Positions 1-11,269 of a stretch of DNA of 64,000 nt are shown here, piece after piece (positions within the stretch are counted from its first letter, which is position 1; each line of letters starts with the position of its first letter). The stretch comes from Snowella sp. (GTDB lineage: Bacteria > Cyanobacteriota > Cyanobacteriia > Cyanobacteriales > Microcystaceae). The position numbers were made by a program, and so were the translations under genes. Location of the stretch: contig JAYKGY010000019.1 of NCBI GenBank assembly GCA_035285545.1, forward strand, positions 111,849 through 175,848, read 5' to 3'. The notes under the pieces were generated by a model. That model did not search any database, was not told where the DNA came from, and saw only the letters and a list, made by a program, of their open reading frames with translations.

Positions 1-668
1 TGCTAGTGGCTCTAGTCAGCCGTATGCCGCCGAGTCGCTCTGTCCCTCAAACCTATCCCACTTCAAACCGGACTGCTGCAACCGTGGCAGTGGGGTCTGC
101 GATGAAACGTTCCCATACCTATTCTCAAGCAACCAATGGGGTAACAACAGACTTTGAGGAAGAAGAATCCCAACCAAATCCTTTTATTACTTGGTTTGTC
201 TTACCGCTGATTTTTTTAATTATTATTGTCAGTGGCTTGACCCTGGGCTATTTACTGGTTAAAAGACAACGGATGCAACCGCCGCCCCCTACGCCGATGG
301 AAAGTGTCCCGACCCCAACCCCAGAAACCTATTCCACCCCAACCCCAACGCCTCAACCCGTCTTTACACCCACGCCCACGCCTCAACCCGTCTTTACACC
401 GACACCGACCCCAACCCCTGTTCCCACGCCCACACCCACGCCTGAAATCGTTCCCAGTCCCGACATTCCCCCTAGCCCCGAAAATCCAGAGGTTGTTCCT
501 AGCCCAGTAGAAAGCCTCCCCCCTGAGGCGACACCACTTCCTGAAAATACGCCGGCGGTCGTCCCTACACCGTCCCCCTCTATTGTTATTCCTCCCCCTG
601 TGCCAACTCCGGTTCCGACGGTTAATATGCCTCCTGCGCCCCCTGCGGGAGAAAAAACGGTTAATTAA
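1..668 (+). CDS. C-terminal part of a membrane protein with a Pro/Thr-rich tail (possibly a Ser/Thr kinase-type protein); 5' end probably outside the window
   Basis: Open frame from the window edge; one TM segment (WFVLPLIFLIIIVSGLTLGYLLV) followed by PT repeats, including a duplicated PTPQPVFT unit; no catalytic domain visible in the window. Confidence 0.5.
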   Translation, partial: LVALVSRMPPSRSVPQTYPTSNRTAATVAVGSAMKRSHTYSQATNGVTTDFEEEESQPNPFITWFVLPLIFLIIIVSGLTLGYLLVKRQRMQPPPPTPMESVPTPTPETYSTPTPTPQPVFTPTPTPQPVFTPTPTPTPVPTPTPTPEIVPSPDIPPSPENPEVVPSPVESLPPEATPLPENTPAVVPTPSPSIVIPPPVPTPVPTVNMPPAPPAGEKTVN

Positions 669-789
669 TTGATAATTAATAGTGAATAATTAATAATTTT
701 TAATATATTTAACGAATTGAGGAATTTATGATTTGTTTTTAAAATTTTTAAGATTACTTAGTTAATTCACTATGGTTAATTGTTGAATA

Positions 790-2031
790 ATGACGCTTGA
801 CCCCAATTCTCAGACAAACTCGTCTAGCACTGAGCCTAACCGCACGGCTAATCTGCCATCAATCGGGGCAGAAACCTCTTCTCCTTTGATTCCGCCGCGA
901 TCGCCGCAACCGCCTTTTTTCAATCGGAAAGTAGAACCCTCTGATCCTTGGTTGTTGTTAACCGCCCTGGGGTTAATGGGAATTGGCCTAATTTTCCAGT
1001 GGATTTGGTTGGGATTTACGGCCTCGATTCTGGTTTTGATGCTCTCGCTTCAGGTGATTTTACCCTCGGTTCAACGCTGGATTCAACGCTATTTTACGCC
1101 CCAGGAACAGCGATCGCTGATTGGGGGAGTAAGTTTGATTTTGGCGATCGCGGTCTTAGCTAAATACGTCGGATTTTATGATCTCGTCAGTCAATGGCTG
1201 ACAACTTTTAAATATGATGAATTTGGCTCCTGGGCAGAATGGGTCGGTGCCTTAGGGCAAATCATGATTGCCGTCTTAGCGGTCTATGTCGCTTGGCAAC
1301 AGTATGTAATTTCTAAAGATTTAACCATCCAACAAAACCGGATTACCCAACAACAAACGATCGATGCCTATTTTCAAGGAATTTCAGACTTAGCCCTCAA
1401 TGAAGAAGGAATGCTGGAAGATTGGCCCCAGGAACGGGCCTTTGCAGAAGGCAGAACCGCCGCCATTTTAGCCAGTGTGGATGCGGGAGGAAAAGCCAAA
1501 ATTTTGCGTTTTTTATCCCAATCGAAGCTTCTTAGCCCAATTCAGCGCGATTATTATTTGGGTCGCCCTATTTTTGATGGTTTAGGCGGTTATCAAGAAG
1601 ACCGGGCCCAGGGAATACGAGTAATTAACTTAGGGGTGATGTTAGTCTCGGCAGATTTGTCTTATCAGGATTTACGTTGGGTTGATCTCAGTGAGGTTTA
1701 CTTGATTCGTGCCAATTTAGCCCATACAGATCTCGTCAAAGCCAATTTATCCCGTACCGTGCTTTATGAGGCCAATTTAGAAAATGCCGATCTAAAAGGC
1801 ACTCGTTTATTCTATGGTTCGGTTGAAACGGCTAGTCCCCGCGATCGCGTTCATCCCCCCAATTATGAAACGGGAGAACATACAGGAGCAGTAATTGAAA
1901 AAAGTAATTTAAGCGGTGTAAAAAATATGAGTGAAGAACAACGCTACTACTGTTGTGCCTGGGGTGGAGAACTTACTCGTAGAACGATTCCTGGCGGTTG
2001 TGAAGGAATTACTAATCAATTAGGACGTTGA
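790..2031 (+). CDS. Membrane protein with pentapeptide repeats
   Basis: N-terminal TM helices; C-terminal A(D/N)Lxx repeats (ADLSY QDLRW VDLSE ... ANLAH TDLVK ANLSR). Confidence 0.85.
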   Translation: MTLDPNSQTNSSSTEPNRTANLPSIGAETSSPLIPPRSPQPPFFNRKVEPSDPWLLLTALGLMGIGLIFQWIWLGFTASILVLMLSLQVILPSVQRWIQRYFTPQEQRSLIGGVSLILAIAVLAKYVGFYDLVSQWLTTFKYDEFGSWAEWVGALGQIMIAVLAVYVAWQQYVISKDLTIQQNRITQQQTIDAYFQGISDLALNEEGMLEDWPQERAFAEGRTAAILASVDAGGKAKILRFLSQSKLLSPIQRDYYLGRPIFDGLGGYQEDRAQGIRVINLGVMLVSADLSYQDLRWVDLSEVYLIRANLAHTDLVKANLSRTVLYEANLENADLKGTRLFYGSVETASPRDRVHPPNYETGEHTGAVIEKSNLSGVKNMSEEQRYYCCAWGGELTRRTIPGGCEGITNQLGR

Positions 2032-2096
2032 GCGAAATACCCCCCATCCCATTTTTATGGTAATTTCGATTAGATCATAAAAATTTAAAAGCCTAC

Positions 2097-3449
2097 ATGC
2101 CTTCTTCCCTATTCACCCTGACGACGCAATCTTCCCATCAATCCTTAACCATCAATCCTCCTTCGACGGGGTTAGCGTTGAGGGGAACCCTTCGTATACC
2201 AGGAGATAAATCCATTTCCCATCGTGCATTGATGTTAGGCGCGATCGCAGAAGGAGAGACGACGATTGAAGGCTTGTTGCTCGGCGAAGATCCCCGCAGT
2301 ACGGCCAGTTGTTTTCAGGCAATGGGGGCAAAAATTTCAGAATTAAACAGTAAAAAAATCATTGTTCAAGGAATAGGGCTAGATAAATTACAGGAACCGG
2401 CTGATGTTCTCAATGCAGGCAATTCGGGAACCACAATTCGTTTAATGTTGGGACTGTTGGCGGCTCAATCAGGCAAATTTTTTACGGTAACGGGAGATAA
2501 TTCCCTGCGATCGCGGCCCATGTCGCGGGTGATTAAACCATTACAACAAATGGGAGCAGAAATTTGGGGACGACAACAAAATACGCTGGCTCCCTTAGCA
2601 GTTCAAGGAAAAGCGTTAAAACCCATTCATTATCAATCGCCCATTGCCTCGGCTCAAGTTAAATCCTGCATTTTATTAGCGGGATTAATGACCGAAGGGG
2701 AAACGACCGTCACCGAACCGGCTTTATCCCGTGACCACAGTGAACGGATGCTTCAGGCTTTTGGCGCAAAATTAAGCATTAACCCAGAAACCAACAGTGT
2801 GACGATTTTTGGGCCTGCAACCCTACGGGGACAAACCGTTGTCGTTCCAGGCGATATTAGTTCTGCGGCATTCTGGCTAGTGGCGGCTTCAATTGTGCCG
2901 GATTCTGAATTATTAATCGAAAATGTCGGCATTAATCCCACTCGAACCGGCATTTTAGAAGTTTTAAAAGAAATGGGAGCCGATATCACGGAAGAAAATT
3001 CCCGTATGGTGACAGGTGAACCCGTTGCAGATTTGCGGGTTAAATCCAGTCAACTTAAGGCTTGCACGATTCAGGGCGAAATTATTCCTCGACTGATTGA
3101 TGAAATTCCGATTTTGGCGGTGGCTGCGGCCTTTGCTGAAGGGACGACTCGTATTCAAGATGCGGCTGAACTGCGGGTCAAAGAAAGCGATCGCTTAGCA
3201 GTCATGGCAAAAGAATTAAATCGAATGGGGGCCAACGTCACGGAATTTCCCGATGGATTAGAAATTCAAGGCGGTTTTCAATTAACCGGAGCCGAGGTGG
3301 ATAGTGATACCGATCATCGCATTGCCATGAGTCTCGCGATCGCGGCCTTGCAAACTCAGGGAAAGACGACAATCCATCGAGCAGAAGCGGCTGCCGTTTC
3401 CTATCCTGAATTCATTGAAACTCTACAGCAAGTTTGTCAGTCTATTTAG
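2097..3449 (+). CDS. aroA: 3-phosphoshikimate 1-carboxyvinyltransferase (EPSP synthase)
   Basis: [34 protein letters not shown] and DHRIAM motifs. Confidence 0.97.
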   Translation: MPSSLFTLTTQSSHQSLTINPPSTGLALRGTLRIPGDKSISHRALMLGAIAEGETTIEGLLLGEDPRSTASCFQAMGAKISELNSKKIIVQGIGLDKLQEPADVLNAGNSGTTIRLMLGLLAAQSGKFFTVTGDNSLRSRPMSRVIKPLQQMGAEIWGRQQNTLAPLAVQGKALKPIHYQSPIASAQVKSCILLAGLMTEGETTVTEPALSRDHSERMLQAFGAKLSINPETNSVTIFGPATLRGQTVVVPGDISSAAFWLVAASIVPDSELLIENVGINPTRTGILEVLKEMGADITEENSRMVTGEPVADLRVKSSQLKACTIQGEIIPRLIDEIPILAVAAAFAEGTTRIQDAAELRVKESDRLAVMAKELNRMGANVTEFPDGLEIQGGFQLTGAEVDSDTDHRIAMSLAIAALQTQGKTTIHRAEAAAVSYPEFIETLQQVCQSI

Positions 3450-3633
3450 AACAAAGTTTATTTTTTAGTTTTAGTACGGCTTTACTTCAAAACGTTGTAG
3501 AGTTCATCACACCACTAGTACAGCGCATTTTTTCTGCGTTTAATAACCAATTTTTGGGAAAGATTAAGTTCAGGTTAACTTAATTCAAAAACTTTTTCGT
3601 TTATAATAATCAATTATTTTTTATTTGTTCAGA

Positions 3634-4527
3634 ATGATATTGCCTTCCCTGAATGATTATTTATCTCGCAAGACGTTTGGTAACGTCCTAAAAGAAGGAA
3701 GCAATTTAATCAATTCTATAGAAAAGAATAATGATTCATCCTCGTTACTAATTAGTATTATTACCGTTGTTTACAACGCAGAAGAACATTTACAGGCAAC
3801 CATTGAAAGTGTTGTTCAGCAGACCTATCCAAACATCGAATATATTATCGTTGATGGCGGAAGTACGGACAAAACCCTATCCATTATTAAGTCCTATGAA
3901 AACTTTTTAAGTTATTGGATAAGTGAGCCTGATCAGGGTCTTTATGATGCGATGAATAAAGGCATTGCCCTGAGTCATGGTTCCCTCATCGGTTTATTAA
4001 ATGCGGGGGATACCTACCAACCCAACGCGATCGCGACTATTATGGAACGTTGGCGATCGCAAAATTTTTCTCAGCCGATTATTTTTACAGGAAATTGCCA
4101 TATTTTGGCGGAAGATCATCAGCATTATTTCTTTGCATCAGGTGACCCCAGCAGACTGCCATTGCGAATGATTCCCCATGCCGCGGTTTTTGTCAGTAAG
4201 TCCGTTTATGAATCCTTGGGATTATTTAATCTCACGCTCAAGATCGCGAGTGATTTTGAATTTTTATGCCGCTGTTATCAAGCCAAAATCCCGTTTGACT
4301 TTATTGATGAAACCCTTGTACTCACAGAACCCAGGGGTGTATCTGGCAACTACTACCGAAGTGAATGGGACTATGCCCAGGTTCGTTTACAGTATGCCTT
4401 TATTGCCCCCTGGCAAGCGATCGCCTTAAGTTTATACTCTTTCGTCAGCATTACCGTTCATCAGGGTTTAAAAATTCTAGGATTATGGCACTTGATTGAG
4501 AAAAGAAGATATGCAGGCTCCCGTTAG
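3634..4527 (+). CDS. Glycosyltransferase family 2
   Basis: ISIITVVYN, VDGGSTD and SEPDQGLYDAMNKG motifs; start codon uncertain. Confidence 0.9.
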   Translation: MILPSLNDYLSRKTFGNVLKEGSNLINSIEKNNDSSSLLISIITVVYNAEEHLQATIESVVQQTYPNIEYIIVDGGSTDKTLSIIKSYENFLSYWISEPDQGLYDAMNKGIALSHGSLIGLLNAGDTYQPNAIATIMERWRSQNFSQPIIFTGNCHILAEDHQHYFFASGDPSRLPLRMIPHAAVFVSKSVYESLGLFNLTLKIASDFEFLCRCYQAKIPFDFIDETLVLTEPRGVSGNYYRSEWDYAQVRLQYAFIAPWQAIALSLYSFVSITVHQGLKILGLWHLIEKRRYAGSR

Positions 4528-5314
4528 CGTTGTTATTCCGTGTTATAAATGCTCCCACACAATTGAACAATCCGTCAGTTCAATTACCAGTCAAACCCTG
4601 CTGCCATCGGAAATTATTTTAGTGAATGATGGTAGCCCCGATCAAACACTGGAAGTATTAAAAAATCTCCAGAATACCTATGGCAAGAACTGGATCAAAA
4701 TTATTGATCTGCCTCAAAATGTCGGGCCAGGGCAAGCTCGAAATCACGGTTGGGAAACAGCAACCCAAGAGTACTTAGCCTTTTTAGATGCGGACGACCT
4801 TTGGCATTCCCAAAAATTAGAAATTCAATGTACTTGGATGTTAAAGAATCCTGATATTTCCTTTTCCGGTCATCCTTTTTTTATTTATAAAGATATTCAC
4901 GATTTAAGCCCTGCCATTTTAAAAGGGTTGAAACAAGAACCGAGAATTATCTCTAAGACACAGATCTTAAGTTCTAATCCTTTTCCCATGTCTGGCTGGT
5001 TATTTAAACGTTCCTTGCAAAAAAAATTTAAACCTTACTATCATTGCGAAGACTATCTTTGGTTACTAGAAAGCTTTTTTACCATTCATCAATTAGCTTT
5101 TTTTGATTTGCCGCTATGTTATTCTCTAAGAGCACCCTACAGTAAGGGGGGACTATCAGGAAATCTTTGGAAAATGGAAAAAGCGGAACTGCTGGTTTAT
5201 CAAAAAATTTGGAAAGAAAAATATATTTCTTCCCTAGAATATGGCGTAATTAGTCTCTATTCTTTTGCCAAATATCTTCGTCGTTTACTCTTGACCTTTT
5301 TGAATCCTTCTTAA
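4511..5314 (+). CDS. Glycosyltransferase family 2
   Basis: VSVVIPCY, VNDGSPD, ARNHG, FLDADD and CEDY motifs; ATG at 4511 overlaps the end of the upstream gene. Confidence 0.9.
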   Translation: MQAPVSVVIPCYKCSHTIEQSVSSITSQTLLPSEIILVNDGSPDQTLEVLKNLQNTYGKNWIKIIDLPQNVGPGQARNHGWETATQEYLAFLDADDLWHSQKLEIQCTWMLKNPDISFSGHPFFIYKDIHDLSPAILKGLKQEPRIISKTQILSSNPFPMSGWLFKRSLQKKFKPYYHCEDYLWLLESFFTIHQLAFFDLPLCYSLRAPYSKGGLSGNLWKMEKAELLVYQKIWKEKYISSLEYGVISLYSFAKYLRRLLLTFLNPS

Positions 5315-5358
5315 TTAATTTATCTAGCTTATGAAACTCAATTTATTTACGAGATCAT

Positions 5359-6561
5359 ATGAAAATTCTTCAGATCTGCAATTTGCCAAGCTTTATAAAA
5401 CAGCATTTGCGCCGCCATATCGATCATCTAACAGCTTTAGGATTCACGGTGGAAAGTGTTTGTCCCGATGATGTAGAAATTGAAGAATTAAAACAGGAAG
5501 GTTATATTGTTCATACCATGGCAATTGATCGTTCGGTTGATCCCATTTCTAATTATCAATGCATCGTAAATTTGGTAAAATTGATTAAAAAAAATCATTA
5601 CGATATTGTCCATGTCCATAATCCGGTCGCGGCGTTATTAGGCAGAATTGCAGCCAAAATTGCAGGCGTAAAAGCCATTATTTATACTTCTCATGGATTT
5701 TATTTCCATGAATTAACCCCACCCCTTCAATACTTGATTTTTTGCAGCATTGAAATTTTAGCAACCTATATTACAGACCTCATTTTTTCGGTTAACCATG
5801 AAGATATTAACGTTTTACTGAAAACGGGTTTATGCTCTAAAAATAAACTCTATTATTTAGGAAGCGTTGGGGTTGATCTGAAAAAATTTAATCCTGATCG
5901 AATTTCCCTAAGCCATCAGCAACAGTTGCGGCAGTTTTTTAAGATTTCTGAACAGGCTTATCCGATCATTGGAACTATCGGAAGAATTAATGAAAAGAAA
6001 GGCAGTTTATATTTTATTGAAGCGATTCATGAATTGCGATCGCAATATCCCCATATCCAGGCCTTAATTATCGGAGCAGAAGTCAGTTCCGATCCGGATG
6101 GTTGTAAAAATCGAGTTTTAGACAGAATCTATGAGCTGAATCTAGCGTCCCACATTACCCTAACCGGCTACCAAGAAGAGATTCCTGAACTGCTGAGTCT
6201 CATGGATATCTTTACGCTGCCTACGTTTACCCATGAAGGGTTACCCAGTGCTGTGATTGAAGCGATGGCCATGCAAAAGCCGGTTGTTGCCTCTAACATT
6301 CGCGGATGTCGGGAAGCGATTATTCATCAAAAAACGGGATTAATTATTCCCCCTAAAAATATTCAAGCCTTAGCCGATGCGTTACGACAACTATTGATGA
6401 ATCCAGAGAAAGCCAAACAAATGGGTCTAGCTGGACGTAAACGAGTGGAAGAAGAGTATAGTTTACAACTGGTATTAAATCGCTTAACGGATGGCTATGA
6501 TTCTTTGGGGCTGTCTCATAAAATGGCTACATCAATGATGTATAAGTCTGGTCAGATCTAG
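5359..6561 (+). CDS. Glycosyltransferase family 4
   Basis: DIVHVH, GRINEKKG and EGLPSAVIEAMAMQKPVV GT-B motifs. Confidence 0.92.
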   Translation: MKILQICNLPSFIKQHLRRHIDHLTALGFTVESVCPDDVEIEELKQEGYIVHTMAIDRSVDPISNYQCIVNLVKLIKKNHYDIVHVHNPVAALLGRIAAKIAGVKAIIYTSHGFYFHELTPPLQYLIFCSIEILATYITDLIFSVNHEDINVLLKTGLCSKNKLYYLGSVGVDLKKFNPDRISLSHQQQLRQFFKISEQAYPIIGTIGRINEKKGSLYFIEAIHELRSQYPHIQALIIGAEVSSDPDGCKNRVLDRIYELNLASHITLTGYQEEIPELLSLMDIFTLPTFTHEGLPSAVIEAMAMQKPVVASNIRGCREAIIHQKTGLIIPPKNIQALADALRQLLMNPEKAKQMGLAGRKRVEEEYSLQLVLNRLTDGYDSLGLSHKMATSMMYKSGQI

Positions 6562-6634
6562 ACAGGATTAGAGAGAAGGTGATATGACATTTAAGTAACT
6601 GATGGGATAACTTTTGAGGAACAGGAAAACAACA

Positions 6635-7990
6635 ATGGCTAAAATCTCCGTTATTGACCAAATTCGATTAGCAGTAGCGGTAGGAGTTGCCAAAACGGTG
6701 ACGGCATTTGTCCGTTGGTTTCGCTTGGGGGCGGCGAGTGTTCTACCAGGAGAAATCTCTCGTCGTTTGCATCCCCGTTTATTAGGCCTATTGGCTGAGC
6801 AAGTGAAGTATGGCGTAATTTTAGTGGTGGGGACTAACGGAAAAACGACGACTTCGTTGTTGTTGCGAACCATTTTAGAAAATCAGGGTTTTAAAGTGAC
6901 CCATAATATTACCGGCGCGAATTTGATCAATGGCTTAATTACGGCTTTGTTAGTCGATGCCAATTTAATTGGCCAATTAAAAACGGATTACGCCATTTTG
7001 GAAGTTGATGAAAATATTTTGCCCTTAGTGTTGAAAGAGTGTCAGCCCCGCGTGATTTTGGCGTTAAATCTTTTCCGAGACCAGTTAGACCGTTATGGAG
7101 AGGTGGATACCATTAGTCGTCGTTGGCAAAAGGCGATCGCGCCCCTTCCTGAAGATACTTTAATTGTGGTGAATGCGGATGATCCGACCCTTTCCCATTT
7201 TGGGCAGCAATTAACCCAAACGGTTCGTTATTTTGGTTTGAGTGAACCCACTTTGTATTTAGAAGAAATTCCCCACGCCGTTGATTCGATTTATTGCCCT
7301 AAGTGTGGTCATCCCTTGGATTATCGCGGAGTGTATCTATCCCATTTAGGAGATTTTACCTGTCCTAGCTGCGGGTTTAGTAAAAGTCAACCGGCCTTTC
7401 ACAGTAGCGAATGGCCGCAAATTCTGATCGGTGTCTATAACAAATACAATACCCTGGCGGCTGGTTTAGTCGCTCAAGAGTTAGGGGTTCAGACCGAATC
7501 CATTTTTAACAATATCAAGAGTTTTAAAGCCGCCTTTGGTCGGGCCGAAGAGTTAACCGTTGAGGGCAAAAAAGTCAGAATTTTACTGTCCAAAAATCCG
7601 GTGGGTATGAATGAAACGATTCGAGCCGTTAATGATATTAAAGTTCAGGGCAAAGCTTCAACTACCTTATTAGTGTTAAATGACCGTATTCCTGATGGCA
7701 CCGATGTTTCCTGGATTTGGGATGTGGATACGGAACAGTTGGTTAAACTCGGCGGAACTTTTGTCGTTAGCGGCGATCGCATTTATGACATGGCTCTGCG
7801 CTTAGACTATAGCCGTGAGCAACTAGAGGCTAATGGAAATGAATTTAAGCTGATTTTAGAAGAAAATTTGAGTAATGCTATTCAAAAAGCCTTAGAATCA
7901 ACACCAGAGGACGAAACCCTACATATTATCCCGACCTATTCTGCCATGTTAGAAGTACGGGGCTTGCTAACTGGACAAAAGATTTTATAA
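6635..7990 (+). CDS. murT: Mur ligase family protein with DUF1727 (MurT-like lipid II amidotransferase subunit)
   Basis: GTNGKTTT P-loop, NLFRDQLDRYGE, CPKC...CPSC Zn knuckle, KNPVG and DVSWIWD motifs. Confidence 0.85.
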   Translation: MAKISVIDQIRLAVAVGVAKTVTAFVRWFRLGAASVLPGEISRRLHPRLLGLLAEQVKYGVILVVGTNGKTTTSLLLRTILENQGFKVTHNITGANLINGLITALLVDANLIGQLKTDYAILEVDENILPLVLKECQPRVILALNLFRDQLDRYGEVDTISRRWQKAIAPLPEDTLIVVNADDPTLSHFGQQLTQTVRYFGLSEPTLYLEEIPHAVDSIYCPKCGHPLDYRGVYLSHLGDFTCPSCGFSKSQPAFHSSEWPQILIGVYNKYNTLAAGLVAQELGVQTESIFNNIKSFKAAFGRAEELTVEGKKVRILLSKNPVGMNETIRAVNDIKVQGKASTTLLVLNDRIPDGTDVSWIWDVDTEQLVKLGGTFVVSGDRIYDMALRLDYSREQLEANGNEFKLILEENLSNAIQKALESTPEDETLHIIPTYSAMLEVRGLLTGQKIL

Positions 7991-8021
7991 ATTTTTCGAC
8001 AATTGGGTTCGCATTTGATAG

Positions 8022-8969
8022 TTATTGTGCCCCTTGATAATGGTGAATAATCTCTTTCGGGGTAATAACGCGATCGGATTTGCGTCCCATAAAGAACATA
8101 TCACTGCCACTATCGATCCAATATTTTTGGGGAATCCAATTATCCAAATATTGCACCCAAAAGAAGAACAATTTAAAGATTTTTCCGATGGCACGGGAAC
8201 GGAATAAACTCCGAGTAAAATAATCAATTGTCCAAAGTAACTGTGTCCCTGGCCCTTCAGTTGCGCCAGATTTAATTAAGGCAAAATTTTTAAACAGATA
8301 GCGATGCCCACTTTCGGTAAAACGGGTAAAGTCATAGGCTCCTTCATGAACCTGCTGTAAAAAAGGTGTTTCTGAGTACACCAGTCCATTGGGTTTTAAG
8401 ACGCGGTAAATTTCCGCAACCACTTGATGGGGGTCTAAAACGTGTTCTAAAACAACTTGAATGATTACACAATCGATGGATTCATTCGCTAACGGAATTT
8501 GATGCGCGTCAGCCACAAATTGAGTCAGGGGTGACGTATAGATATCAAAACCAATCACTTTGAGATCGGTTTCTTCGTAAAAGGGTTTCATTCCTCTGCC
8601 AAATGAGCCTCCACCAATCATTAAAATTCTGGGTTGAGGAGTTTGATTTTTGAGTAAAGAAATTAAATATTGAATATTGTCATCAGTCACCTTTTTCTCA
8701 GGGGTTAATACTTTTTTGATAAATGCTTGAATTCCTTTTCTTTCGGGTCGTATGACTACTGAAGAAGCACTATTTTTTAAGGTTTCCGTTTGATCAAGAA
8801 CGGATTGAGAAAAGTCAACTAAAACGGGGGTTTGGTTAATAATCGGATATTCATATTGCTGGTTTGCTTCTACTGTATCCGTTATCAAATGGGAATCGAC
8901 TAACTTTAAAGGAAAATTCGTTTTTGGACAGCGGAGTAAATTCCAGTATTCTTCTTTGTTTGCTAACAT
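8022..8969 (-). CDS. Class I SAM-dependent methyltransferase with a Trm112-like N-terminus
   Basis: ILMIGGG motif I, ADAHQIP, VLEHV, RVLKPNG; N-terminal LRCPKTxxPL; start could instead be 9008. Confidence 0.8.
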   Translation of the reverse strand: MLANKEEYWNLLRCPKTNFPLKLVDSHLITDTVEANQQYEYPIINQTPVLVDFSQSVLDQTETLKNSASSVVIRPERKGIQAFIKKVLTPEKKVTDDNIQYLISLLKNQTPQPRILMIGGGSFGRGMKPFYEETDLKVIGFDIYTSPLTQFVADAHQIPLANESIDCVIIQVVLEHVLDPHQVVAEIYRVLKPNGLVYSETPFLQQVHEGAYDFTRFTESGHRYLFKNFALIKSGATEGPGTQLLWTIDYFTRSLFRSRAIGKIFKLFFFWVQYLDNWIPQKYWIDSGSDMFFMGRKSDRVITPKEIIHHYQGAQ

Positions 8970-9236
8970 GCTTTCTCTTGATCGATTTCTTTCAATTTTG
9001 CTGCTCATTGTAATATAACTGCTCACCCAATTCCAGCGATCGCTTACGCTTAAGCGTTTCAAAAAACTTCTGTTTCATCGCCCACACTAGCCCAAAAATG
9101 CCAAGATCAAGAAACAACCGAATTGCAAATGAGAAGCACCGTTTAATAGTGAGTTTCTATCCGACTCCATCAAACTCGTAATCCCTAAATCAATCAGAAT
9201 AATTTAGTAAATTTCCAGACCAAGCTATACTAGGCT

Positions 9237-9252
9237 TGTAAATCTGTTTACA
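9237..9252. promoter_or_regulatory. Candidate NtcA box upstream of ndhA
   Basis: TGTA-AATCTGTT-TACA matches GTA-N8-TAC, inside the palindrome TTGTAAA-TCTG-TTTACAA. Confidence 0.45.
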
Positions 9253-9334
9253 ATCTTTAATGGCCGCTTCAACCGTGCCATCTTTCGTTTATCTATAGTA
9301 AGTATCGTTCGTCATCAATTAACCAATCGGTAAC

Positions 9335-10453
9335 ATGAACGCAGGAATTGACCTTAGAAGTAGTTTTATTGAATCACTCCAGGATTTGGGACTGCCCTCT
9401 GGCGTTGCTAAAGCCTTTTGGATTCCCCTCCCGTCTATTTTGATGATTATCGGAGCAACTGTCGGCGTGCTGGTGGTCGTTTGGCTAGAACGTAAAATTT
9501 CTGCGGCGGCTCAACAGCGGATAGGCCCTGAATATGCCGGCCCGTTGGGGGTTTTACAACCCGTTGCAGATGGCATTAAGCTCGTTTTTAAAGAAGATGT
9601 CGTTCCTGCGAAAGCCGATCCCTGGTTATTTACCTTAGGCCCAGTTTTAGTGGTCTTACCTGTATTTTTGTCCTATCTGATTGTGCCCTTTGGACAAAAT
9701 CTAGTCATTACGGATTTAAATGTCGGGATTTTTCTGTGGATTTCTCTTTCTAGTATTGCCCCTATTGGTTTATTGATGTCGGGCTATGCTTCTAATAATA
9801 AATATTCCCTTTTAGGCGGACTACGGGCGGCGGCTCAGTCGATTAGTTACGAAATTCCGCTGGCGTTTGCTGTCCTCGCGATCGCCATGATGTCGAATAG
9901 CCTCAGCACCATTGATATTGTTGATCAACAATCCGGCTATGGCATCTTAGGCTGGAATATCTGGCGGCAACCCGTTGGCTTTTTAATCTTTTGGATCGCT
10001 GCTCTTGCGGAATGCGAACGTTTACCCTTTGACTTACCTGAAGCCGAAGAAGAATTAGTCGCAGGGTATCAAACCGAATATGCAGGCATGAAGTTTGGTC
10101 TATTTTATGTCGGCTCCTACGTTAACCTGGTGTTATCCGCCTTAGTGTTTGCCGTGTTGTATTTAGGCGGCTGGGAATTTCCCGTTCCTTTAGATAAATT
10201 AGCCGGCTGGTTAGGGGTCAGCGAAAACAACCCTTGGCTACAAATCTTGACGGCTTCTCTGGGAATCACCATGACCGTTTTAAAAGCCTACTTTTTAATC
10301 TTTATCGCTATTCTTCTCCGTTGGACAGTGCCCCGTGTACGGATTGACCAACTTTTGAATTTAGGCTGGAAATTCCTCTTACCCGTTTCCTTAGCCAATC
10401 TCTTAATTACTGCGGCCTTAAAACTGGCTTTTCCTGTGGCTTTTGGTGGTTAG
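9335..10453 (+). CDS. ndhA: NAD(P)H-quinone oxidoreductase subunit 1
   Basis: [15 protein letters not shown] and [15 protein letters not shown] motifs. Confidence 0.98.
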   Translation: MNAGIDLRSSFIESLQDLGLPSGVAKAFWIPLPSILMIIGATVGVLVVVWLERKISAAAQQRIGPEYAGPLGVLQPVADGIKLVFKEDVVPAKADPWLFTLGPVLVVLPVFLSYLIVPFGQNLVITDLNVGIFLWISLSSIAPIGLLMSGYASNNKYSLLGGLRAAAQSISYEIPLAFAVLAIAMMSNSLSTIDIVDQQSGYGILGWNIWRQPVGFLIFWIAALAECERLPFDLPEAEEELVAGYQTEYAGMKFGLFYVGSYVNLVLSALVFAVLYLGGWEFPVPLDKLAGWLGVSENNPWLQILTASLGITMTVLKAYFLIFIAILLRWTVPRVRIDQLLNLGWKFLLPVSLANLLITAALKLAFPVAFGG

Positions 10454-10537
10454 AAACGTTTTTTGGATATAACCCCAAACCGATGACCCAATTATTCACT
10501 TAAAAATTTCAATTTTAAGATAGCCAAGGACAAATTT

Positions 10538-11116
10538 ATGTTCAACACCATTCTTAAACAAGTCAGCGATTACGCCAAAGAGACCGTTCAAGCCGCCAAA
10601 TATATTGGAGAAGGGCTGGCAGTAACCTTTGACCACATGAGTCGCCGACCGATTACGGTTCAATATCCCTACGAAAAATTAATTCCCTCAGAACGGTATC
10701 GCGGACGCATTCATTTTGAATTTGATAAATGTATCGCCTGCGAAGTTTGTGTTCGGGTTTGTCCGATTAATTTACCCGTTGTCGATTGGGCCTTTAATAA
10801 ACAAACGAAGAAGAAAGAACTCAAGCACTATAGTATTGATTTCGGGGTTTGTATTTTCTGTGGTAACTGTGTGGAATACTGTCCCACCAACTGTTTATCC
10901 ATGACGGAAGAATATGAAATGTCTACCTATGATCGTCATGAGTTAAATTACGATAACGTTGCCCTGGGTCGCTTGCCCTATAAAGTTACCCAAGATCCAA
11001 TGGTGACGGCTTTACGAGAATTTGCTTATTTACCCAAGGGCGAAATTGATCCCCACGATTTACCCGCCGGCAGCCAACGGGCAGGGAAACGACCCGAAGA
11101 ATTAATCAATGAATAA
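10538..11116 (+). CDS. ndhI: NAD(P)H-quinone oxidoreductase subunit I
   Basis: Two 4Fe-4S motifs ([24 protein letters not shown]); operon context. Confidence 0.98.
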   Translation: MFNTILKQVSDYAKETVQAAKYIGEGLAVTFDHMSRRPITVQYPYEKLIPSERYRGRIHFEFDKCIACEVCVRVCPINLPVVDWAFNKQTKKKELKHYSIDFGVCIFCGNCVEYCPTNCLSMTEEYEMSTYDRHELNYDNVALGRLPYKVTQDPMVTALREFAYLPKGEIDPHDLPAGSQRAGKRPEELINE

Positions 11117-11269
11117 ACTTTAACAATCTAGGGGGAAATGAATCTTTTATAATTTTCTTCTGGATTGTTGAGTGTTTCTCTCAATTAAATTAATCAAAAA
11201 ACGACTGTATTAAATGGGTGAGTTGGTGCAATCTAACCCCTAAAATCCACAATTATTGAGGAGATAACC

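Noticed and set aside
290..660. C-rich tandem repeats near the window start
   Set aside because: Explained by Pro/Thr codons of the coding sequence; the alternative-frame ORF 304-510 is a by-product
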